Numbered from the stretch's first letter, positions 9,853 to 18,131 are shown. The stretch: 58,779 bases of DNA from a virus (IMGVR_UViG_3300030319_000027:1-58779); one strand, 5' to 3'. Program-made: numbers and translations. Notes: generated from the letters alone by a model not told the origin.

Positions 9853-10035
9853 TTACTTTTCGGGTGGATGGATGATTTTAACCCATCCTTCTTTCGTATC
9901 TCCTTCGATAACGCCCTTGCATCTGTCGCACTTGAAATGGTATCGTCCGTCCACTTCGCCAAGATAGCGGTTGCAGCGGACGTTCTTATAGATGGGGTTC
10001 TTCCGGATACAAGGGCAACAGATTCTAACTAGCAT
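9853..10035 (-). CDS. Small zinc-ribbon protein
   Basis: 60 aa with the cysteine motifs CCPC, C-X12-CDRC. Confidence 0.45.
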   Translation of the reverse strand: MLVRICCPCIRKNPIYKNVRCNRYLGEVDGRYHFKCDRCKGVIEGDTKEGWVKIIHPPEK

Positions 10036-10203
10036 AAGCGTTCCTTTCGTTGGATTTCTGGAAACAGGCTGTTGAGCACAGACCTGTCAGAAGCTACTGG
10101 GAAACTATTCGCACTTCCAGCCGTGCTATTCTTCGCCCGAAGAAAACCATTGCAGCCTTTACATTCAGTTGTCGGACAGACGTAAACGGGTAAGCTGCAA
10201 TTT

Positions 10204-10281
10204 TGGTGCCGCATAATGGATTTGAACCAATGTATGCCCGGTTATGAGCCGAGTGCTCTAACCATACTAAGCTAATGCGGC
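10204..10281 (-). tRNA. tRNA with anticodon CAT (elongator Met, or Ile2 if lysidine-modified), CCA encoded
   Basis: Hand-folded cloverleaf: GCCGCAT-TA-GCTT..GAGC-A-CTCGG-CTCATAA-CCGGG-CATAC-ATTGG-TTCAAAT-CCATT-ATGCGGC-A-CCA. There is one T-T mismatch in the T stem. The 1:72 pair is G:C, so it is not an initiator. Confidence 0.8.
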
Positions 10282-10289
10282 ATAAAAAC

Positions 10290-10628
10290 CCGGCTTGATT
10301 GGTTAACCGCTGCTCTTTGCAATGTCATGCCTAAACATTACATTGAGAGCCGGGAATAGCGGTGGAGGTTTTGGAGAATAAGTCCATGCAAAGCTAGGTA
10401 GTTGGTTGTGCTGCGTAACGGAATCGAACCGTTGCTTGCCAGCCGTGGGGGAGACAGACTGGCATTCCCCGAACAATTGGAAACGCAACATATAAAGCCC
10501 GGTGAAGGCGAAAGAGTGAGAAAACCTCCACCGGTGAAAGGAGGAATACGCTTGTTGACACGCACGCGAGTAAAATGACAAAACCCCGCGTGCAAGCTAT
10601 TCCTTTAAGGGAAGCTGTAAAACTTCCT
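10290..10628 (-). ncRNA. Candidate large structured non-coding RNA upstream of the tRNA
   Basis: It has its own promoter, and only overlapping stop-free junk ORFs cover it. A long helix pairs 10543-10568 with 10587-10603. There is perfect 12-nt complementarity between 10361-10372 and 10521-10532. Several further hairpins are present. Confidence 0.55.
10409..10489 (-). ncRNA. tRNA-like element (canonical acceptor and T arm, aberrant core)
   Basis: A 7-bp acceptor GTTGCGT/ACGCAGC and a T arm AACGG-TTCGATT-CCGTT fold normally. The 49-nt core folds only as TGCCAG/CTGGCA with a 16-nt loop, plus a possible GGGGA/TCCCC pseudoknot. Confidence 0.4.
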
Positions 10629-10634
10629 GCGTAC

Positions 10635-10664
10635 ATTATAAGCCTTGTCAAGTAGTGAAATCAA
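10635..10664 (-). promoter_or_regulatory. Sigma70-like promoter driving the ncRNA/tRNA island
   Basis: On the minus strand: TTGATT, 18 nt, TATAAT. Confidence 0.5.
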
Positions 10665-10703
10665 ATAAATAGACCCAGCGAACACAATATATTGTGTTTT
10701 TAA

Positions 10704-12371
10704 TCAAAAAGGCCTCTTGACAGGCTCGATTTTACTGATTCCGTTATACAATTCATCGGCAAGCTGTGCCAGACTATCCGGTGCGTCATCGTGCGGAACT
10801 TTGCCAAGCTGCGTAAACATTGTCACCTGCTCCATGAACGCTTTGTACTCTTTCGACTGGTGCTTTTCATCAAGGAAATAGAACCGTTTGATGTCCGGCA
10901 CATACTGGATGATTCTTGACAGCTTGCTTTGACCACTTGGCGCACGCTGGCTGCGAACAGAGCAGTGATAGCCCTGCTGCCGGAGCTGGCTGTCTACCAC
11001 GTCACAGTATTCATCACCGCCGTTGTTGGCTTCTCCACGCACCACGTTGATTTTATGCTGGATGATTTTGCCAACGACTTCCGGGCGGGTCACGGTCTTG
11101 TCTCCGTTATTGAACACAAGGTCAGGGATGAACACAGCATCGCCATACACATAAGCGATAGGACAAGCGGTAAAATCACCGCCGCCCCATGCAATGTCCA
11201 TGACCATGAGCTTGCGATCAGGCTCTCCATCAGGCAGAACGCCGTTGAAATACCGCAGTTCATCGGCAGGGAACAGCAGACCTTCACGCACATAGGGCTT
11301 GCCCATGTATTTTGCCCACCATGTTGCGTCATCAATGCTGGATTTCATATCGGCATAGTAGGCATCGTCAAATCCAACACCGTAGTCATAGTTGAAGTTG
11401 CTGTGTCCGTTCTCGTCCACAGCGGGAATCACCCGGAATCTATACTTCGGGTTGTCTGCATACTGGTTTTGGATGCGTCCCAGAGGGTCAAGCACGTTCC
11501 AGCGTGTGCCGACCATAAGCTCCAATGCGCCCTGCTTTTTACGGTCTTTTAGCTGGTTCAGATAAGCATCGTACTTGTTGTTCAGACGCTCAACGTTCAG
11601 ACTTTCTTCCAAGTCTTCAATCAAGTCATCGCTGTACAGAACGCCGCCCTCGCCGATTTCAACTGCACCAGTCAGCGTACCGCCAATAGAGCGGCAAGTC
11701 AGGGTGGGAAAACGCTTTTTACGGTTCAGGTCAACGCTTTCGTCCTTTGCGCTTTTGTCTACAAGCTGAACATCAGGGAAGATTTTGCCCCAATTATAGG
11801 TCACAGGGTCAGTGATGATAGACAACACTTCGCCGTAGAAGCCATTGGTCAGCTTGTCAGAGTGCCCGCTCATAACCGATGCAACGTCAGGACGGTTGCC
11901 CATTAGCCATGTGATGAAGAAAATGCACAGCGTACTCTTGCCCACGCGAGCCGGAAGACTGACCCCCAAGAAATCTATCCGCTTATAGAACAAATCCTCT
12001 AAGTCATCTGCCAGCACCTTCAGCACTCTGCGTCTAGGCTGATAGAACTTCTTTTCCGGCGCACGATTCCATTCAAGGTAAATGCAATAGCTGTCGAACA
12101 CATCCTTTGATTCAAACAAGTACGTCCGGCTGATAATGTCATAAACTTTCGCCACGCCCTCGCCTGTTTTCATCTTGCTCATCATGGTTGCACAGACAGA
12201 GCGTAGCTCACCAGAGTATTTGTAGGCATCGAACCGCTTGTCTTGCGGCAGGGCATCTCTTAGGTTCACCACCGCCTGAAACCAGTCCTCATAGACCTGT
12301 GCTTCGATCGGATTCTGCTTTGCATACGCTTTGATGCTGTTAATGATGGCAATGCACTGCTTTGGCTGCAT
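10704..12371 (-). CDS. terL: Terminase large subunit
   Basis: About 555 aa from ATG 12371. It has a Walker-A-like LPARVGKST motif, later acidic nuclease-type motifs, and late-operon position. Confidence 0.9.
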   Translation of the reverse strand: MQPKQCIAIINSIKAYAKQNPIEAQVYEDWFQAVVNLRDALPQDKRFDAYKYSGELRSVCATMMSKMKTGEGVAKVYDIISRTYLFESKDVFDSYCIYLEWNRAPEKKFYQPRRRVLKVLADDLEDLFYKRIDFLGVSLPARVGKSTLCIFFITWLMGNRPDVASVMSGHSDKLTNGFYGEVLSIITDPVTYNWGKIFPDVQLVDKSAKDESVDLNRKKRFPTLTCRSIGGTLTGAVEIGEGGVLYSDDLIEDLEESLNVERLNNKYDAYLNQLKDRKKQGALELMVGTRWNVLDPLGRIQNQYADNPKYRFRVIPAVDENGHSNFNYDYGVGFDDAYYADMKSSIDDATWWAKYMGKPYVREGLLFPADELRYFNGVLPDGEPDRKLMVMDIAWGGGDFTACPIAYVYGDAVFIPDLVFNNGDKTVTRPEVVGKIIQHKINVVRGEANNGGDEYCDVVDSQLRQQGYHCSVRSQRAPSGQSKLSRIIQYVPDIKRFYFLDEKHQSKEYKAFMEQVTMFTQLGKVPHDDAPDSLAQLADELYNGISKIEPVKRPF

Positions 12372-12464
12372 AAAAAAATAGGCACCCCCTACCTGAAAAT
12401 GTAAAGAGTGCCTACAACTGCACAAAAATCAAATATTCGGTTTTATTCTAAGTTGCGAACAATG

Positions 12465-13022
12465 TCACCTCGCGTCTTTCAAACGGTTTGCGTCATAATC
12501 CGTAAACATAGCTGCTGCAATCTTCATAGCTTCTTCTATTGTAGGAGCCTTGATGAATGCTCTGCATCCAAACAAAACTCCACTTGAGTTTGTTTTGTTA
12601 TCTTCTGGAATGACGTAGATTTTTCCGTTTTCGCGTTTGGCAAGCCATGTAGGAGTGTTCCTGTATGCTTCTTCTTTCGCCTTGCGTTCAGCTTCCATTT
12701 TTTCACGGACTTCCTTAAAAATAACATCAGCTTTCCGCTCTGCATCTTGCTTAGACCACGCATCGACATAAGCGAATCCGTGACCCATGATAACATTTTT
12801 CTCAACGTTATCTAAATGCGATTCACGGCAATCTGCGCCACCATAGGCGTAAACCGTATAAGTGAGTGGTTTTGCCGTCAACTCTTCGTTATCCTCGTAT
12901 TCTTCAACATTGGCATCGTACATCTCTGCGATTTTCTTCGCACGTCTACGGCTCTCGGTCAGAGTAATGATGTGATAATCCGTGTATTCACCGCTTGTCA
13001 CTGCGTAAAGTTTTCTAGCCAT
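12465..13022 (-). CDS. Hypothetical protein
   Basis: 185 aa from ATG 13022. No family was recognised and no HTH is evident, so it is unlikely to be TerS. Confidence 0.5.
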   Translation of the reverse strand: MARKLYAVTSGEYTDYHIITLTESRRRAKKIAEMYDANVEEYEDNEELTAKPLTYTVYAYGGADCRESHLDNVEKNVIMGHGFAYVDAWSKQDAERKADVIFKEVREKMEAERKAKEEAYRNTPTWLAKRENGKIYVIPEDNKTNSSGVLFGCRAFIKAPTIEEAMKIAAAMFTDYDANRLKDAR

Positions 13023-13026
13023 ACTT

Positions 13027-13602
13027 TCACCTGTTCTGTTCAGCAATCCGATACCATGCCTGGCGGGTCACACCAAGCTGTTTGGCAGCGTCGGTGACGG
13101 TCAGCAGACGCTTTTCCACCTGTTCATGCAGAACATCAAAGAGGTTGCGGTCGTACTCGGTGGGCTTGCGACCTTCCCTGTAATCAGGTCGCTGGCTGGC
13201 AATCTTTTTGCCCTCTCTGGTGCGCTCAACAATCATGTCACGCTCAAACTCTGCAAAGGCAAGCATCACCGTGCGAATCAGTTTGCCGGTAGGCGTGTTA
13301 TTCATCACGCCCATGTTCAGAATGTTCACGGACACGTCTTTTGCAAGCAAGCTGTCAATAATTTCAATACCGCCCTTCACGGAACGAGCAATACGGTCAA
13401 GTTTCGCCACGATCAGCGTGTCTCCCGGCTGGATTTCAGCCATCAGCTTGTCAAGTTCAGGCCGGTGCAGCTTCGTGCCGGTGTAAACATCCGAAAAGAT
13501 TTTCTGTGCGCCGTTGGCTTTCAAAAGTTCAGACTGGGCTTCAAGGCTGTTGCCGTCAATCGCCTGCCCAGCGGAACTGACACGAGCATAACCGTAAATC
13601 AT
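13027..13602 (-). CDS. Small serine recombinase (resolvase/invertase family)
   Basis: 191 aa. It has the N-terminal catalytic motif YARVSS, ...[12 protein letters not shown]..., and a C-terminal HTH ([18 protein letters not shown]). Confidence 0.9.
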   Translation of the reverse strand: MIYGYARVSSAGQAIDGNSLEAQSELLKANGAQKIFSDVYTGTKLHRPELDKLMAEIQPGDTLIVAKLDRIARSVKGGIEIIDSLLAKDVSVNILNMGVMNNTPTGKLIRTVMLAFAEFERDMIVERTREGKKIASQRPDYREGRKPTEYDRNLFDVLHEQVEKRLLTVTDAAKQLGVTRQAWYRIAEQNR

Positions 13603-13892
13603 TCAGGTTCACCGTCTCTTTCAAGAACTTTAAGAACAAATTCATCCGATGCAACATCAGCACCAATAGGCTGAATCACGATTTGGTATTTCATTTCTTC
13701 CAAGAGCATTGCCATTGTGGACAACTTTAAATCATCCGCATTAACGCGGTTTGTCACATAAGAAGAAACTTCATATCCCATTTGCCTTGCAAGAGATGCA
13801 GAAGTATATCCTCTGATTTTCATAACGGAACGAAGAATGTCCCCGGAATTGACTTTATTTTTGGTTGCACCGCCTTTTTTCTTCTCTGCCAT
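13599..13892 (-). CDS. XRE-type helix-turn-helix protein
   Basis: ATG 13892 lies downstream of the promoter at 13919-13947. The HTH region is [20 protein letters not shown]. Confidence 0.6.
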   Translation of the reverse strand: MAEKKKGGATKNKVNSGDILRSVMKIRGYTSASLARQMGYEVSSYVTNRVNADDLKLSTMAMLLEEMKYQIVIQPIGADVASDEFVLKVLERDGEPE

Positions 13893-13918
13893 TTTTATCG
13901 AACCTCTCTTTCGACCCA

Positions 13919-13947
13919 ATGATAACACATTCTCGTGTCACTGTCAA
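13919..13947 (-). promoter_or_regulatory. Sigma70-like promoter for the HTH-recombinase-TerL transcription unit
   Basis: On the minus strand: TTGACA, 17 nt, TATCAT. Confidence 0.55.
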
Positions 13948-13976
13948 CACCTTCTTGTGTTTTTTGCAAATTTTTT

Positions 13977-14171
13977 ACTATCAATAGGGTGATAAAACGG
14001 CTGTAAACTTTTTCGTTGCTTTACAAACTGTATACTTGAATAATAGCCTTACGAATTATCGAAAAATATCTTTTGAGTTACTATCACTAGGGTAAACTAA
14101 TCCGTTTACGGAAGTACTATCAAATAACGTAAATTTACGTTAGAATGCGTAAAATGTCACAGATGTGTGAC
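13977..14171. repeat. Cluster of protein-binding-type repeats (candidate res/operator region)
   Basis: ACTATCA(A/C)TAGGGT occurs at 13977 and 14080, and ACTATCAAATAACGT at 14116. An 18-bp perfect palindrome TAACGTAAATTTACGTTA lies at 14125-14142. GTCACA-GATG-TGTGAC lies at 14156-14171. Confidence 0.6.
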
Positions 14172-14192
14172 TGAATTATACAAATTGGGCTG

Positions 14193-14221
14193 TTGACAAC
14201 TATATACCAAACGTCTATAAT
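14193..14221 (+). promoter_or_regulatory. Consensus sigma70 promoter (rightward)
   Basis: TTGACA, 17 nt, TATAAT, all exact. Confidence 0.7.
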
Positions 14222-14433
14222 CTAAGACAGCAGAGCACACGATGAATCAGCCAACAACGGTAGATTTATTCTTTGTGGCATAAAAAATAGGCCGTCAGCA
14301 CGACCGACCAAAGTAGCACTGACGACCTATTCCACCACAAAACAGAAGCTGCGCAACCAAGGGCGCAGTCTCAGTTTCTGTTAATTATTATAGCAGAAGC
14401 AGACAGCTTCTGCAATAGAAAGGAGCAAAAAAC

Positions 14434-14592
14434 ATGAACTTTCCTACGACAACCGAAGAATTTCTGAAAACCCTCTCCCACGGCAAAGAGCCGACCAGCA
14501 AGGACAAGGAGTATGCAGAAGCGCTGGGCAAACTGTCCGAACTGAACTACCGGGCAGGGTACAAAGCGGGAGCAGCCAAAAACAACAGTTAA
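14434..14592 (+). CDS. Small hypothetical protein (52 aa)
   Basis: Not in the track because it is under 60 aa. RBS AAAGGAG lies 7 nt before the ATG. Confidence 0.45.
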   Translation: MNFPTTTEEFLKTLSHGKEPTSKDKEYAEALGKLSELNYRAGYKAGAAKNNS

Positions 14593-14660
14593 ATTTTGTG
14601 CAAGTCTACAAACTTTTAGATTTTGTACAGATACCAGTACTACATTAAGCGTTTGCGTAA

Positions 14661-14689
14661 TTGACAAACCACAACATATTGCGTATACT
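14661..14689 (+). promoter_or_regulatory. Sigma70-like promoter
   Basis: TTGACA, 17 nt, TATACT. Confidence 0.55.
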
Positions 14690-14719
14690 GGTTGCACCCA
14701 CATGAAGGGAGGTGAGTTT

Positions 14720-14896
14720 ATGTACAGTCCTTATCTTGAACGCCACAATCACACGTTCACTGTTGCACTGACCGAACGGCAGTTCCAGTGGCTGAAAGCC
14801 TATTGCACCGAACACAAGGTCGCACAGGCCGCAGCCATCCGTGACACGTTCTTTGAAGTGCATCCAATCCCGGAGACCGATGAAAACGAAAAATGA
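14720..14896 (+). CDS. Small hypothetical protein (58 aa)
   Basis: The second in-frame ATG is preceded by AAGGGAGGTGA. Confidence 0.5.
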   Translation: MYSPYLERHNHTFTVALTERQFQWLKAYCTEHKVAQAAAIRDTFFEVHPIPETDENEK

Positions 14897-15018
14897 TACG
14901 CTCGCTAAAGTTTGGCGACCACAGCGAACGTATCATAACACATCCAGAGAGTATAGGCCCTCTTTGGGTTATTATACCAAAGATGGCTTGCTCTCGCAAG
15001 ACATAAGGATAAAATTTT

Positions 15019-15762
15019 ATGAATAATAGCCTTGAAAACATCCGTATCTTCTCCGAAGATGTTATCCCTGTGTATGATACCGACACTGGCGAAAAGGTAG
15101 TGCTGGGTCGGGAACTGCACGAAAAGCTCAAAATCAAGACCCCTTATCACATCTGGTTTCCCCGTATGGTGGAATACGGGTTTGTCGATGGAACGGACTA
15201 TTTTACGGAGAACAAAAATGTTCACCGTGAAGATGGGCGTAAAATGCCACAGGTTCAAATCGACCACATCATCAAGCTGGACATGGCAAAGCACATTGCA
15301 ATGATTCAGCGGACACCTGAGGGTATGGAGATTCGCCAGAAGCTGATTGACCTTGAGAAGAACGTGGCCGTCAACCAGTTCGCAGGGGCATCCAAAGAAC
15401 TGCAAGCAATCTTCGTTCTGGACAACCGTTCCATGCAGCACGAAAAGCGCATCTCTGCTCTTGAAACCAACATGACAGTGGACTATGAGCAGCAGCGTGC
15501 GCTTCGCCGTGCGGTAAACCGTGTCGTGGTTGAAGCACTTGGCGGCAAGACCTCTCCTGCATACCTTGACAAGTCCACCCGGTGCAAGGTTTACAGTGAA
15601 TGCAACAAGGATGCACAGGACTGGTTCCATGTGAACAGCATCAGCAACGTTCCTCGCAAGGATTTTGACAACGCCATCGCCTATATCGAACGGTGGCGGC
15701 CTTGTGCAAACACCGTAATGATGATTCAGAACGTCAATAGCCAGACCCAGATGGCAGTTTGA
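15019..15762 (+). CDS. Phage antirepressor (AntA-like N-terminal domain plus KilAC/ANT-like C-terminal region)
   Basis: The motif VVLGRELHEKLKIKTPYHIWFPRMVEYGFVDGTDYF is typical of AntA/AntB antirepressors. Confidence 0.7.
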   Translation: MNNSLENIRIFSEDVIPVYDTDTGEKVVLGRELHEKLKIKTPYHIWFPRMVEYGFVDGTDYFTENKNVHREDGRKMPQVQIDHIIKLDMAKHIAMIQRTPEGMEIRQKLIDLEKNVAVNQFAGASKELQAIFVLDNRSMQHEKRISALETNMTVDYEQQRALRRAVNRVVVEALGGKTSPAYLDKSTRCKVYSECNKDAQDWFHVNSISNVPRKDFDNAIAYIERWRPCANTVMMIQNVNSQTQMAV

Positions 15763-15775
15763 AAGGAGAACAGCT

Positions 15776-16066
15776 ATGCTTACTGCAGATAAGATTCAGG
15801 ATATGGGGGAATACCTCAACTACGCTTTTGAGACCATGCTGAAGCTCTGGCGCATCGTTGACTACGGCGAGTGCGTCCACGAGCCTGTTATCGCTTGTGA
15901 CGGAAAGATTGTCGATAGCGGTCAGCTTTCCTTTGAAGCGAACGAAAACGGCGAGATCGAGCCGGTTCTGCTCCGTGACAGCAAGTGCATCATGCACGAT
16001 GTGAAGTATTGGATGCCCTTGCCAAATGTTGAGTACCATCCCTATCACGGTGAAATCGTGAAGTAA
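15776..16066 (+). CDS. DUF551-like protein
   Basis: C-terminal YWMPLP motif. Paralogous in style to 23448..23717 and 23719..23952. Confidence 0.45.
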   Translation: MLTADKIQDMGEYLNYAFETMLKLWRIVDYGECVHEPVIACDGKIVDSGQLSFEANENGEIEPVLLRDSKCIMHDVKYWMPLPNVEYHPYHGEIVK

Positions 16067-16081
16067 ACAGCCAATAAAAAA

Positions 16082-16120
16082 AGCCAGTGGTTAGAGAACA
16101 TCTAGCCGCTGGCTTTTTGT
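16082..16120 (+). terminator. Rho-independent terminator
   Basis: 9-bp stem AGCCAGTGG/CCGCTGGCT followed by TTTTTGT. Confidence 0.65.
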
Positions 16121-16195
16121 GTTATGTGATTATCCTTCTACAAGGTCTGCGATGGCTCCTATTGCTCCTATAAAGCTCATTTTGTATTTCTCCAT

Positions 16196-16777
16196 TTATT
16201 TAACTGGCGTTAATAGAATTTCCGTGCTAATTGAAAGTTCGATATGATAACCGTCTTTAACGGTAACATTCTGCCGTTCACCAGCTTTTTCAAATTTAAG
16301 CACGTTGCTCACATCATCAGAGTTTGCATCAGACACCACAAATACTGTAGCTTCTTTGTTTCGATTCTCAACTTGGTATGTGCCAGCCGGAACCATGTAC
16401 CAGATATATTTATAACCATTCTTGTTCGTTTCTTCTTTTCCATAATCGCCAAGAACTTCATCAACTAAAACAAAAGAACCGTCCCTTTTTATGGTTTCTT
16501 CCGAGGTGACGGACGGATTTTCAGATTCTGCCTTCACAGATGACGCAACGGATGATGGTGATTTTTCGCTTTCAGAGCTAGCCGCAGTATCTGTTTTGTC
16601 ACGAGGGCTTACCAAATCCATAATAAAAGCTAGTACGAACATTACCGCAATGACCTTGAACCAAAATCTTTGATAAACAGGTTTCGGAGGTGTATTTTCT
16701 CCACCGCACTGCGGACAGGTTTTAGCGGTAACGGCTATCCTTGCGCCGCAGTGTTTACACTTTATGAGTTTTGCCAT
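16196..16777 (-). CDS. Zinc-ribbon membrane-anchored protein
   Basis: Real start is ATG 16777 (MAKLIKCKHCGARI...CPQCG), with RBS AAGGAAAGGGG. One TM segment is present. The longer track ORF extends into GC-rich non-coding DNA. Confidence 0.6.
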   Translation of the reverse strand: MAKLIKCKHCGARIAVTAKTCPQCGGENTPPKPVYQRFWFKVIAVMFVLAFIMDLVSPRDKTDTAASSESEKSPSSVASSVKAESENPSVTSEETIKRDGSFVLVDEVLGDYGKEETNKNGYKYIWYMVPAGTYQVENRNKEATVFVVSDANSDDVSNVLKFEKAGERQNVTVKDGYHIELSISTEILLTPVK

Positions 16778-16879
16778 TTTACAATGCCCCTTTCCTTCGT
16801 TCAAGTATACCACATCTAAGATCCCGAAAGGGGTCTTTTTTGTATTTTTTGGAATTTTTGGAGACTTGCACAATCGGAT

Positions 16880-17215
16880 GGGTTTTGGTTTGTGAAGGCG
16901 GGGTGGGTCTTTTTTATTTTTTCGGTGGTGACGGGACTGACCGGGCGGGGCTGGGCGGCGGCTGTATACCCCGCCGGTGGAGCCACCAGCCTCCAGCGCA
17001 CCCGGACAGACTGCACAGCACAGGCAGCAGGGCAGGCCGTGCCAGATGCAAGGCAGACCACGCCACGCACCGACACACACGCCCGGACGCTGGACACGCT
17101 GCACCGGTCTGCACCCGATACCAGACCGCCCACGCCGGGCAGATCGTACCGGCGGCGGGTGGTGGAGGGCGTGGAGTGTGTCCGAAACTGTGCAGATTTG
17201 GACACACTCAAACAT
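16880..17215. other. GC-rich non-coding island A
   Basis: Visibly GC-rich and open in several frames, with no plausible protein. It shares 9-10-mers with island B. Confidence 0.5.
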
Positions 17216-17226
17216 GAACGACTTTC

Positions 17227-17303
17227 AACACAAGAATGTGTGTAAAACCATTGACATCAACACAAGAACGTGTTACTATATAGGCAACACAAGAACGTGT
17301 TAC
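17227..17303 (+). promoter_or_regulatory. Promoter with three copies of an 18-bp operator
   Basis: AACACAAGAA(C/T)GTGT(T/G) occurs at 17227, 17259 and 17286. TTGACA lies at 17251-17256, then 17 nt, then TACTAT at 17274-17279. Each operator contains AACAC-N6-GTGTT dyad symmetry. Confidence 0.65.
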
Positions 17304-17331
17304 ACCACCACAAAACAGGAGGACAAAAACC

Positions 17332-18015
17332 ATGAAAATTAACATCACAAAGTACTGGGAACGCCTGTGGGCGGAAGACCTCTTTGCTGCAATCATCCTT
17401 GAGGAGGATTTCGACCTTGACGAAAACGGCGCACCTCGTGTGGACTGCACCAACTGGGAGCAAGATTTCCGCGCGGAGCTCAACGGCTATATTACCGCTC
17501 CCAAGTGCTGCGAGGAGCGCCGCGAGGACTACCGCAAAGCCCTCACCATCCTCGACGAGATGGAGCAGGCCGCAGCAGAGCAGAGCAACGCCACAGCCGC
17601 TCCCGACTACACCGCACTTGCATATACCATCCGCGCCGAACTCAACGCCCGCCACGATCGCAGCGCGTGGAACAAGGCCGTCACGCTGTACGCTCTCGAC
17701 CTACTGGACGATGTGCAGGAGGGCACGAACAATATGGAGCGCTTGCCCCTTGACGGTGCAGAGCTTGAGCGGTGGGCGCTCAACGGTGCAAGCTGCTGGG
17801 AGCAGTACAGCAATGGTGGTTGCTCTCTGTGCTATAACGCCGATATTGCCGCCCGCGTTTGCACCCCGTCCGAACTCAAGCGTAAACACGGCGGAGCGTA
17901 TAAGCCCAATAGCCGGGAAACGTGGCTTGACGTGCAAGCCCGCGCACTGTATCAGGCTTGCAACCGTATCCGCAAAATCTGCCGCGCCGACGGCCTGTAT
18001 TATAAGGAGGTATAA
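17332..18015 (+). CDS. Hypothetical protein (227 aa, GC-rich cargo cassette)
   Basis: RBS GGAGG precedes the start and codon usage is clean. No family was recognised with certainty. Confidence 0.6.
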   Translation: MKINITKYWERLWAEDLFAAIILEEDFDLDENGAPRVDCTNWEQDFRAELNGYITAPKCCEERREDYRKALTILDEMEQAAAEQSNATAAPDYTALAYTIRAELNARHDRSAWNKAVTLYALDLLDDVQEGTNNMERLPLDGAELERWALNGASCWEQYSNGGCSLCYNADIAARVCTPSELKRKHGGAYKPNSRETWLDVQARALYQACNRIRKICRADGLYYKEV

Positions 18016-18131
18016 CAAGCATGATCGCTCTTGACTTTTCCCAGTGGGCTGCCCTCTGGTACGTGGGCGGCATGATTTCCGGCGCACTGGTTATGATCGC
18101 ATTTCTTAACAGCTAAACAGGAGGGCTAAAA

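Noticed and set aside
10290-10628. tmRNA (one-piece or permuted) hypothesis for the structured RNA
   Set aside because: The T-arm-bearing module pairs locally rather than with a distant 5' end. It has no G3:U70 alanine identity pair and no ...CCACCA end, and I found no tag-like ORF ending in hydrophobic residues. I cannot exclude the hypothesis without ARAGORN.
10029-10651. Minus-strand ORFs 10029..10214, 10303..10581, 10338..10595 and 10394..10651
   Set aside because: They overlap one another in all three frames and overlap the tRNA. They use non-ATG starts with no RBS. The region is better explained as structured RNA.
12379-12416. Hairpin AGGCAC...GTGCCT plus a T-run just upstream of the terL start, as a regulated terminator
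   Set aside because: The stem is only 6 bp with a 22-nt loop, which is too weak to call by eye. The T-run may simply be part of the RBS spacer.
13027-13602. Serine recombinase acting as the phage integrase
   Set aside because: At 191 aa it lacks the large C-terminal recombinase and zinc-beta-ribbon domains of serine integrases. The window is a closed circle without an att-like core that I could recognise.
16778-17342. ORFs in every frame across 16771-17342, including the 339-aa extension of 16196..17215
   Set aside because: High GC removes stop codons. The translations are Pro/Arg/Gly/Cys-rich nonsense. The real gene starts at ATG 16777, which has a good RBS.
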